Below, piece after piece: positions 12,178 through 23,000 of a DNA stretch of 64,000 nt. Both the position numbers and the translations under genes were made by a program. Below the pieces are notes generated by a model. That model was not told where the DNA came from. It did no database searches and worked only from the letters and a program-made list of their open reading frames with translations. Source of the DNA: Minutocellus sp. GHC0000111 (taxonomy: Eukaryota); assembly GCA_977018835.1 (NCBI GenBank), contig OZ361257.1:186001-250000 (forward strand), written 5' to 3'. Every line of letters begins with the position of its first letter. The first letter of the stretch is position 1.

Positions 12178-12927
12178 TGTTAGTCCCAAAATGCGCACTG
12201 TCCCAGTTCGCGAACTGGGATCCCAGTTTGCGAACTGAGATTCATTTATCCCAGTTTGCGCACTGGGCCCCAGTTCCCAAACTAGGATCTCAGTTTGCGC
12301 ACTGATACTACCAGAATGGAAACTGAGATAAACACGCCAATCCGAATTTGGGAACCAGGCGAGTTCGCGAACTGGAACAAAAATGAATACCAGTTTGGAA
12401 ACTGGCATTCTCGGCAAGTGTCAGAATGGTAACTGCCGGTGTTGGCTCATGCACAATGATTATGTACTGGTAGATCTATCTACAATACAAGTTGCACTGT
12501 GCATCATATCTTGAATTTGCAAGCTACATGTACTGGTACAGTAGCAACATGATGCCGGCATAGCACAGATGCATGTACAGTTCATGACTTATATTTGCCA
12601 GAAGCAGCTAGCTAGATATTATTATTTATTCACTACATGTATTTAGTATCAGCTAATGCCAATTTATTGAGTATCAGCTCCGGCACTAATGTCGTCTGGA
12701 CGTCTGGACCAGGTTTGGGCTGTGTTGCTTCACTATGAAAAAATGAAGCGAGGAGAAGCAAAGGCGATATCATCCATGCTAAATATTCATTATTTCTCGA
12801 TTGATCCCAGTTTGCAAACTGAGATTGTGCCTATGATCCCAGTTTCCAAACTGGGATAAATGAATCTCAGTTCGCAAACTGGGATCCCAGTTCGCGAACT
12901 GGGACAGTGCGCATTTTGGGACTAACA
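12178..12927. mobile_element. Non-autonomous TIR element (750 bp) with ~80-bp TIRs, TGT...ACA termini and palindromic subterminal repeats
   Basis: TGTTAGTCCCAAAATGCGCACTGTCCCAGTTCGCGAACTGGGATCCCAGTTTGCGAACTGAGATTCATTTATCCCAGTTT at 12178 is the reverse complement of ~12848-12927. TATA flanks both ends. Confidence 0.9.
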
Positions 12928-13225
12928 TATACATACATGTATGTAGATCTATATATGTAGATCCTAGAGTCTACACACACATTAACCTCTTACTTGTGTG
13001 TAGATCTATATTCAAGCGAATTGAATTTGGTTCTAACTTTTCATTATGATACACATGTAGTAGATCTAGAGATCTAGAAAGATTTAGGAATTCCTATTTA
13101 AGATAGAGTCTAGATCTACCTAGCGGGACGACACCCACCACTACCACCAAATGTCCGGTCCCCACTCACCGCTCTTGATGATGCATACATGTAGAGAACT
13201 AGATAGATCTACGTGTATATAAATA

Positions 13226-13455
13226 GAAATCTACGTAAACGTTTATCGAAATGTCATCTTGAGGGCAAGATCGATAGAGTCGAGGTGAATAACTGCAGAA
13301 ACTTCGTCTTTCTTATTCGTAATGATACTCAGGGCCGCTCCTGTAATCTCGGAATTGCTCGTAGTACATGTGTACCCATACCGTACTCTCTACTCGAATG
13401 ACGAGCAGAGAATCCATTTCCCTCAGAACATCGGCCAGCAGTCTCAAAATGGGAC
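13226..13455 (+). mobile_element. Dispersed repeat family with a TA|GAATCTACGTAAACG terminus (probable non-autonomous TIR element)
   Basis: Homologous to the reverse complements of 61595-61810, 37130-37250 and 45530-45599, and to 5946-5995. Confidence 0.8.
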
Positions 13456-13567
13456 TAGATCTAGATCTACATGTATCGGTGCTAGATCTACATTAGATCT
13501 ATCTATGGCATGGTTTTAGAGAGATCTATCGGTACCGGTACATGTACGTGTAGTAGACTTACTTATG

Positions 13568-13774
13568 CAGTCAGTTCTCACCTACATGTAGATCTATAAG
13601 CACAATCCTTGTGCTTAGATCTAGCTGAGGGGTGAGATTTTGGGCATTTTGCTTATTCTAGATCTAAGAGCTAATTGGTACCTACCGGTAATTCGAATGC
13701 AATTCCTTATTCCAAAATAGGCACATCCAGGGCTGGAGCCGAAATCCTTTGTGCTTATAGGTGAGAACTGACTG
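13568..13774. mobile_element. MITE, CAGTC(A/C)GTTCTCACCTATAAGCA TIR family
   Basis: The left TIR at 13568 is interrupted by CATGTAGATCTA. The right TIR GTGCTTATAGGTGAGAACTGACTG|TA ends at 13774. The interior is homologous to 36335-36515 in inverted orientation. Confidence 0.85.
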
Positions 13775-14744
13775 TACGTGTAAATCAATGCCAGTCAATT
13801 AGATACGGTACTAGTAGATCTATAAACTAGCAAGCTAGTCTACATGTAGGTATCGCATTAGATCTAGGGCACGTTCTCTGTGTGTCCTCCTCCTTGGGAC
13901 TGTCGGGTTCACATCCTTCCATGGCATTAGTGCCTCGGCAAAATACATGTAGTGTGTTGACATTCGCCACACATTCTTCCTCTACACCACCACCAATCAC
14001 ATAGTCCTGATTGATTCATACACACCTCGTGCATCGCATCTTGCGGCGACTTCGGTACGTGTACCGGTAGGGCATCAGATAATGGCAGTCCACTGCTGGC
14101 CGTTTGACTCTTGAAAAGAAGTAGAGCACGATGTTGACCTCTCTGCGAGACAGTGTTAACCTCAGGGGTTTGTCGGGGCTCTCGAGAGGCAAAGCATCTC
14201 CAAAATCGTCGAGTGAGTCCGCAAAGTTCGATATAGATGCCTCGCCTCCTCTGTTTTAACTCTGGAAGGGAGCTCGAAAGAGAATACCTCTGCGGCTCTT
14301 GTGGCGACACTTTCGTTCAACCTAAAGGCGGCCGGCTTCCTCGTCATTGTATCAATGAAATGAGTCGCAGCCTAGCGATGAAGGGAAGCCATGAGTGGTT
14401 GTTCGTGTTTATCCTCGAGACGGAATACTGTAGGTCGTTCTTGTACAATGGGGCTGTGTTCTTCAGATTGGCAGTAGAGAGAGGTGCTTGCTGCGGATGA
14501 AACGGCCGATGCCAGGATTAGCCGTGGTCTGCCTGCTGATGCTGCTCCCACCAATGCTGCTGCAGTGCCACTGCTGCCCCTGGCCCGGGAATACTTTTCC
14601 TTCTCCCCCTTCCGACCACTATTGACGGGATAGAGAAACGAACAACCACCGAAAGTATTGAAGCTGCCTGCACCACCTTTTTGTTCTGCATGCTTCCTTA
14701 TTCATCCTCCACGTGCTGCTGGATCCAATGCTTAGGACTTTTGT

Positions 14745-15528
14745 CGTGGAATGCACCCCAATTACGTATTCGCCCCTTTTCATCAATCTCCATCAACTCA
14801 TTCCCCTGCTGCATGTCATCCTGCCGGATCTGACTGGTACTGCCACCGTTGCCATCATTAATCCGCAGGAGTCATGGCCACATCATCATCGGTGCATACC
14901 TCCATGCCACCACAGAACTATTGGCATCATCGCCGCCGTTGTTCTTGCTGCTGTTGCTGCAGCCGCCGCTGCCCTCCATCTCCATTTCCACTTCCACCTG
15001 CTCCTCAGCATTTCAATCTTCCGCACCATGCTAATGATCCCGACGCACAATCACCGCCGCCGACACTCTTCAATGCATGGGGTATCTCCCTCTCCATGGG
15101 CAGCTGTCCCATGCATACCGTGAGACCAAGAACAGATGCATGAGCATACGCCGTTGTTTTGCATTAAACACATACATACATACATACATACATACATACA
15201 TACATACATACATACATGGACAACTACACAACAAAGCAATCGTCCCCGGTCGGTACTCACCTCGTCTTGTTGGCACGGATGGCATTGGCATGGTCTCGGC
15301 ATAGTCGGAATTAGTACGACGGGGAAGGAATTGGCATCATCACATGACATGCATCGCCGGGATGGACTAGCTGCAGCTACCGCTCCTGCTCCTGCTGCTA
15401 TTGGTCATCCCTGGCCGCTCTAGCTAGCTAGCATAGTAGAGTACCGGTACCAGCACTGCCATCGGTCGGGAGGGTTAGGGAGCTGTGGGCGTATCGCCGG
15501 TATATGGTTTTGGAGTTGCCGTTGCTGT

Positions 15529-15559
<31 letters not shown>

Positions 15560-15600
15560 TGTGATGGCAGCGGATCCTGGCAGATCGACGTGGCATAGCA
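14745..15600 (-). repeat. Dispersed, degenerate coding-like repeat; paralogous to 38685-39205
   Basis: Shared blocks CTCCATCAACTCATTCCCCTGCTGCAT...CCACCTGCTCCTCA and CCCTGGCCGCTCTAG...GATCCTGGCAGATCGACGTG. Confidence 0.8.
15171..15217. repeat. (CATA)n microsatellite
   Basis: About 11.75 perfect CATA units. Confidence 0.95.
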
Positions 15601-15639
15601 TGCAGGTGAATGTGATCGTAATTCCTAAACTACCGGTAG

Positions 15640-15890
15640 TCTAGGACCTAATACGTAAAAACTACTAGCTTGCTCTACGTACGCAGCTTTTCTCGCGAGT
15701 GCCGAGTCGTCGTGTCGACCGCTACGTACTCTACTCTTGCTAGCTACTCTACTACGTAGCTAGCTAGCTAGGCTAGCTACTAGCTAAGAGGTAGTAGTAT
15801 TAGAGTAGAGGTAAGGAAGAGGGCCTTCGACAACTGTCGGTTCCAGTTTCGCCTTAGCTCTAGCTGTCGAGCTAGACTAGCCAGGAGCTA
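15640..15890. repeat. Array of TA-bounded short palindromes upstream of AP-3 delta
   Basis: TACTACGTAGCTAGCTAGCTAGGCTAGCTACTAGCTA and related modules, ending ~20 bp before the ATG at 15907. Confidence 0.8.
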
Positions 15891-17587
15891 TCCTGCTGCT
15901 GACAGGATGAGTAACGCACCAACCATGACTTCCGTTGGTGGCATTTCGGTCAGAAATCTTTGACCGATATTGTCAAGGGCATTCGAGCGACGAAACGTGA
16001 TACTGGTATCTTCATATCTGCTTGTATAGCCGAGATCAAAACTGAGATAAGCTCGACGGATCCGAGGTAAAGGTTACCGCCCTTCAAAAGCTGACATTTC
16101 TTCAGATGATGGGATACGATATGTCGTTCGCATCCTTCGCGACAATCGAGGTGATGTCGAATGTACGCTTCGCGCACAAGAGGGTCGGATACCTTGCAGC
16201 GAGCCAGGGCTTCAGCCAAAACACCGAGGTGGTCCTCCTTACAACGAACCTTTTGAAGGAGGAGCTCCGAGGCGCTGTCGGCGGGGGGATGTCAGGGGTT
16301 TACGAAGCTGGATTGGCTGTCAACTGTCTTTCCAATATTGTGACGGAAGATCTTGCACGGGAGCTCCTTCCAGACCTTTCGAACCTTCTGTCCCACCCAC
16401 AGCAGTACATTCGAAAGAAAGCAGTATTGTGTATGTTCAAGTTGTTTGTCAAGTACCCGCAGGGATTGCGATTGACCTTTTCTCACATCCAGCAGTGTTT
16501 AGAGGATAGCAACCCATCTGTTGTTTCATGCGCTGTTAATGTTATTACCGAACTCTCCGATAAGAACCCGAAGAACTATCTTCCCCTTGCCCCCTCCTTC
16601 TTTAATTTGTTGACATCATCGAGTAACAACTGGATGCTTATCAAGGTAGTGAAACTTCTAGGGTCATTGGTCGCCGAGGAACCTCGCCTTGCCCGGAAAC
16701 TACTAGATCCATTATCCCAGATCGTGAAGACTACACAAGCCAAGTCTCTCCTCTATGAAGCTGTCTATACCATTACGTTGTGCCTTCCGTATTGTCGAAA
16801 AGCAGATGGTTCCATGCCTGCGTCCGTGCCAGAAATTGTTGAGCTGTGCGCGAAGACGCTTCGTTCCTTTGTCGGTGATGCGGACCAAAATCTTAAGTAT
16901 CTTGGCTTGGTGGGATTTGCCGGTCTGATGTCATCCCACCCTAAAGTCTTGTCTGCACCTGATTATCGGCCGTTGATCCTTACATGCCTCTCGGACGATG
17001 ACATTACAATTCGCAGTAGATCACTGGACCTCCTCGGAGGTATGGCAACTCGGAAAAATTTGATTGAACTTGTCAATCAACTGCTAAAGCACGTAGATCA
17101 GGCTGTTGGGTCGTACAAAAACGACCTCGTTGAAAAGATCATCGAGATATGTTCGGCCGAGAAATACGCACACCTGCAAGATTTTTCATGGTACCTTGAT
17201 GTTCTGGTCTATTTTGGCCACACAATGGGGATCGAGCGCAGCGGTCAAATTGTTGCGAGGCAAATTGTTGATGTTACGTTGAGGGTGTTGCCCGTGCGAG
17301 AGCACTCTGTACAAAAAATGATGGAGGTTCTTGACAGAGCTCTTAGGTTGCGGAATCGTTACGGAAGATGAGAAAATGTTCTTGGGGCATCCAGGGAAAA
17401 TCCCGGTAATCTTCACGAGAGTTGTGGCTTTGTCCTTCCGGATGTTTTACTTGCAGCAGCGTGGATTGTCGGGGAATATTCGTCCTTGATTCCTGCTGCC
17501 GTGGGGTCTACAGTGTCGGGATAAATGGATATCCTTATAGATCTAGATGTGCAAGGACTGTACATGTAATGGAAAGGTATATGTAGA

Positions 17588-18492
17588 TCTAGCTAGATGT
17601 TTATATTCACATGAGACGTACCTACAAGGTGTAAATAGGAACTTCTGTATGTACGGTATAAAAGCACGGACTACAAGAAGAATCACTTTTCTTCCAATGA
17701 TCAGAGCTTGCTTGCAATGAGTGAATTGTTTGGCGAGAACGATGGTATGTACGGGTCCCATCATTCGCAGGATGATAGTTGTACCATTGGAGAACACAAT
17801 CATATGCGGCGAATCGATGGGGACACCCGACGACGAGCATGATCATTTCTACCAAGAAGGCGGTGTCATCGTCGTCCAAATCTTGCAGCAGAGTACAACA
17901 ATTTATTTGGAGCCCTGGAATGAGTGAATTGTTTGGCGAGAACGATGGTATGTACGGGTCCCATCTTTCGCAGGATGATAGTTGTACCATTGGAGAACAC
18001 AATCACATGCGGCGAATCGATGGGGACACCCGACGACGAGCATGATAATTTCTGCAAGAAGGAGGTGTCATCGTCGTCCAAATCTTGCAGCAGAGTGCAA
18101 CAATTTACTTGGAGCCCTGGAATGAGTGAATTGTTTGGCGAGAACGATGGTATGTACGGGTCCCATCATTCGCAGGATGATAGTTGTACCATTGGAGAAC
18201 ACAATCACATGCGGCGAATCGATGGGGACACCCGACGACGAGCATGATAATTTCTGCCAAGAAGGCGGTGTCATCGTCGTCCAAATCTTGCAGCAGAGTA
18301 CAACAATTTATTTGGAGCCCTGGAATGAGAGAATTGTTTGGCGAGAACGATGGTATGTACGGGTCCCATCTTTTGCAGGATGATAGTTGTACCATTAGAG
18401 AACACAATCACATGCGGCGAATCGATGGGGACACCCGACGACGAGCATGATAATTTCTTCTTGGCAGTATCATCGTCGTCCAAATCTTGCAG
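17588..18492 (-). repeat. 203-bp tandem array (~3.8 units) plus tail, inside AP3D1
   Basis: Reverse complement of the unit and tail seen at 20-2117. Confidence 0.95.
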
Positions 18493-18684
18493 AGGAATAC
18501 GACGTTGGGATGCAGGCTTCATGGAAGTGAGCACGAGAGTACCACAGCTGCTTTTTAGCAATGATTATGTTCGTGGCTTTAAGCCTCTTAAGACAATTGC
18601 GCATCCGCACACCGATAGCCTTCGGAGAATTGCCAGAGCGGCGCTGGCAGCAGGAGAACAGACAATTGCACCGTTCGAGGCAGC

Positions 18685-19084
18685 TCAAAGGCAAACATAG
18701 CACATCAAAACTGTGTTGGTTTTGTCTTCAGGCACGTTGAGAGGACAAAATACATAACAATAGAATGCAATGGTGGCACCCACACAAATGTTGATGTCCA
18801 TGTCAACCTTGCTTCGTTGGGATTCAAAACACCGACATAGATCTACATGTAGCATCACCAGAGTTGCCGTTCTCCTCATTTCCTGAGATCTACCTACCGG
18901 TACCTAGGCATGGCACTTGACACATCAAGCACACAAAGCATAAGGCTTAGCCCAGACAACCGATGTTAGGAGTTGGCAAATGTGAGCAATTTTAAGACCT
19001 ATTGCCAGAGTCTTACTTGGTTATGTAGATCTAGGTGAGCATGGACTGTAAATCTATTGACATTTTATGTAGATCTGGCTCCTT
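18685..19084 (-). repeat. Inverted copy of the 6247-6659 repeat
   Basis: Direct sequence comparison. It differs by substitutions and by TA-module insertions. Confidence 0.9.
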
Positions 19085-20041
19085 TCCATTGAAATAACTC
19101 TGTGCCAACATGTGTGTGTACTAGACTAGATTTACAATACATGTGCATGCTGTCTCTGCATCGTCATTGCAGCTCAAAAGTGACTCAGGACCACTATTCG
19201 AAGATGACAGTCCACTGAAAGTTACTGAGACTAGGTCTAACGATCCCTTTTATCTAGATGTAGATGCAAATTCGGGAAGTTCTACTGGTGCTACTCTGGT
19301 TCATCAATCAGGTAAGTTTGGATCTATTCAGCTAACTGACAGCAATGAAGAATCCGGAACGCGAAGAAAGAAGAAAAGGGAAAGAAAGAGAAAAGAAAAG
19401 AAGAAAAGAAATTCGTCGATCCTTCCACAGTCGGGAGTACTCGGATCTACCTCGGAGTTTTCGCAAGCTGCTATGGGAAAGTGTACTGGACAACATTTCA
19501 CAGTTTATAGGAGCGACGACGACGACGATGAGGAGGAGGAGGAGAGAATGTTGACAAAGATGCCAGGCGACAAGGAATTTGAGGGTCTCCGTAAAATTGA
19601 TCTTTCAGCTGCTACCGCCACAGTCGAAGAGGAGAAAGAAGTCTCACCAACTCCTGTACTGCCAAACGATTTCCCAGAAAGAATTGATGCTGCAAAAGTT
19701 AAAAAAACAGGTAAAAAGAAAGGGGGCGACAGAGAGAAGTCGAAGAAGAAGAAGAAGAAACCCAAAAAGAAATCGAAGGACCACAGACTCAATTATGGTG
19801 ACACGATGGATTTATTGGACCTCGGCGGAGGCCCTTAGTAAGTAAGGTTTTAGGATTATGGTTTTTCAAATCCAGCTACGTATTCAGCTACGTATTATAG
19901 TAGATAATATTCAGCTACGTAGTAGATAAGAATGCCATTTTTTCCTAGTACACTTATGCACATGATTGCGAAATGGTGTTACATGTAATTTTTAATTGAT
20001 GACCGTCCTGCGTGCAGCATGATGTGCTTTTGCAGCTCTCA

Positions 20042-23000
20042 TCATCTTGGAGGCATGGCATCTGGTTGAGTGAAGGAAAAGCCCTGGGCAGTTGTGGGCC
20101 TGGACTGATTCTGCGATGAAGCCCTTTGGTACGATTCCATGTTGGGATTGCTTGTTCCGCCATCTCCAAGGGCCATCTCGCCCCATACGTCAAGACCAGA
20201 CATGCTCTGTGCTCGAGTTACAACTGCTCCACCATCACCGACACCGACGGCAGGTGTAGCGATGGAATTTGGCTGAATAATCATTTCATCCCCAGTATTC
20301 GAATTGACAAGATCAGCAATAGCATCGGTGCTGCTGGATCCACTGCCTTGGTCAGGTGAAATGCCAACACGAGATAGAAGGAGCTCTTGCTTTTGGACCA
20401 ATTTCTTCAGCTCGGCCACTTGCTCAATGAGATCTTCATTAGCTTCGGTGTGACCACCGGCCTCTTGCGTTCTTCGGGCATACCTCAATATGTCGCTAAC
20501 GACAACATCGCTAGATAATGCATTGTGATACAGGAGCCAAGTTTGCACGTAGTGGGGTATTTGCAGTGCGGCCAGAACGAAAAGAGGAATAAAAATAATG
20601 TGACCGCAAACAACATCATGCACGAAGTAAAAAATCTTGACAAACGTATGTCCGAAGCAAAGACCAACCAGGCAGAATGCTCCAACGCCATAGTAAGCTG
20701 CAAGAGCATATCAAATGCAGTTGGTATCTTCGATGAAAACGGTGATGATTCCGGCAATCAAACCAACAAAAAGGACGATGCCAACAGTTCTTCGTATTGG
20801 GTAAGCCATCGAACGCTCCGTTAGGGCATAAACGCGGACAAGAATCAGGAGGAGGGCAATGAAAATGAGGACTCTGCCAACGCTAACGAGAGGCTTGTTG
20901 AGAGTGGTGTCAGACTGGAACAGATCCGACCTTCTGATGCCCTCAGCAATGAGAATGTAGAGGAGAGATTTGATCAAATTAGGTACTTTTGAAGTAAAAG
21001 GCATCGTCTTGTAGTATGCATTTTCCTCGGTCCACCACATTGACCAGCTCTTGAGCGATCCACCTGTCGAACCATGCATCCAGGAGAGCCATTTTTCGTA
21101 GTCAGAATAAACTACGTTCCATTCGAAAGTTAGTGGATTGAACCAGAATGGACTAGCCAAGAAAGACAAAGACGCAAGCCAAAGCGACCAGGTACGCCCG
21201 AAGTACTGACCCGCGTCTGTGTAGATACCCATTAAGATGAGAGCAGCTGAAACATCAACACCGAGATAAAGGTGGCTGCTGGCGAAGAAGCGGAATTGTT
21301 CGTCCATAGGTGTGTGCTGCGTAACAAAGCCACGACCTGTGGCACGATACTTGGCTCCACCTACTAGGATCGTCTGAGCCATGTAATAGGCCTTCGTCTG
21401 AATGTGGAACATGAAATGCAAAGGACCGCCGGTGATGAAGACATGTATGATCTCCCTAAGACTTGGCCACCATCCTCTTTCTACACCCAGAGTGGCAAAG
21501 AGAGGGATGGTCTGCAGTAGGCCCAGTCCTCCTAAGAGCATTTGGATGGTGCCCATGGGTGTGATTACTCTGTCGCCAATCTTTTCCAAGTCAAAGAGGG
21601 CTAGAACTGCCATCAAGTAGACAACAACATAGATCGTTAGAACTGTGAGGACATTCGAGAAGTAGTGACCTATTCCGCCATAGTAGAGAGACAAAAGGCG
21701 GAAGAAATCAAGTCGATGGCAGATGCGGTAACCATCCCTGGAAAGACTCTGTTCTCCAGCGCCCTGGCTGAGCTTCGCTTCAAATTTGTAGATTTGGCTC
21801 ATGCCAACATCGCGCCCTTTGCCAACCTGAACATATTCCTTGAACCCAACAGTTCCGCCTCTGATGACGCAATTGTATCCGGCAAAAATATCTTCCGAGA
21901 GATTTATGCCCTTGGAACTCTTGCTAATCCCTCCCCTGGTAATGAAGAAGAGCTTATCGAACACGTCCGGATGGCCATAATGGAGACGAATACGAAGGGG
22001 TCTAGCGAGGACTCGTTGTCCGAGAGTAACGAAGGAAGTTTCTTGAAGAGCCATGTAATTGGACAAAGAACTGACACTACCAGTAAAGATGTGCTCTCGT
22101 AGACCTAATATCGTTGTAGGAAGAGGACCGTCTCTCTTTGCAAATTCTTGCAGTGCATTTCTCATCTTGAGAGCCTCTTCGAAGTACCCTTCCTGGTTCA
22201 TATCAATTGTTTGAATGAACTCTCCACGTGTGAAGATCATGGCATGGTTCTGGTTCTCAGGTTTGCCCTCTCCAATGACGGGATTGCCCGGGAGACGAAC
22301 GCGGTAGACCTCTTGAATACTGCCTCGTCCATCACTCTTGACCAAAACGGAGTAAAAGAGGGAGGCGCCAGATCTATTCAAGCGAATGGTGTCGATATAG
22401 GCAACACGCATGTGAGGGAAGCGGTGCATTAGCTGTTCAATGTCGTCTGCCTTTGGATCTTGATTTTTCTTCATGTTTCCGTAGACCTGACAAGAGACGA
22501 TGTAGCCGAATTTCTCTCCCATTAAGTCATTGGTTGTGTCCTCATCTAGACGTTCCAGATTTGCGAGAAGACGAAGGGCCTTCTCAAAATACATCATACC
22601 GCTGACTGTTCGCGTTAAAGTCTGCGCTCGAAGGCTTGCCCAAACACGTGTCTCGTTGATGAACTTCTTTGAATAGATCACCTCCTCATCTTTGATGCAA
22701 TTCCTTTCGAGGAAATTGTCCCAGTCAGCTCGGAACAGAGTTTGCAGGTAGAGAATCGTCAACACACCGAGGGCATCGGTTCTCTTCTCGAGGTCTGCCT
22801 TGGTGTACGTGACATCTTCGGAGTAGTATGGGGTCATAACATTCCATGAAAACATATCATGAATTGATGGAGCATCTGGCATGTCCATGAATAGGGAGTT
22901 AACGAAGAAAGTCAACCTGCGGCGAACTTCTTTTGATTTGGGCTCCGCATCGTCCGGATGGCAAGCAAACAAACCGTGCACCTTCGTTAGAACCTCCTTG

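Larger units (their letters stand above)
15907..19838 (+). pseudogene. AP3D1: AP-3 complex subunit delta, disrupted and interrupted by a repeat insertion
   Basis: Motifs: QKSLTDIVKGIR, LQKLTFLQMMGYDMS, KRVGYLAASQ, SSNNWMLIKVVKL, DQNLKYLGL and AAAWIVGEYS. Frameshifts at ~15945 and ~16065, and an in-frame TGA at 17369-17371. Repeats occupy ~17525-19150. The 3' part (NDPFYL, Lys/acidic hinge) is at 19143-19838. Confidence 0.88.
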
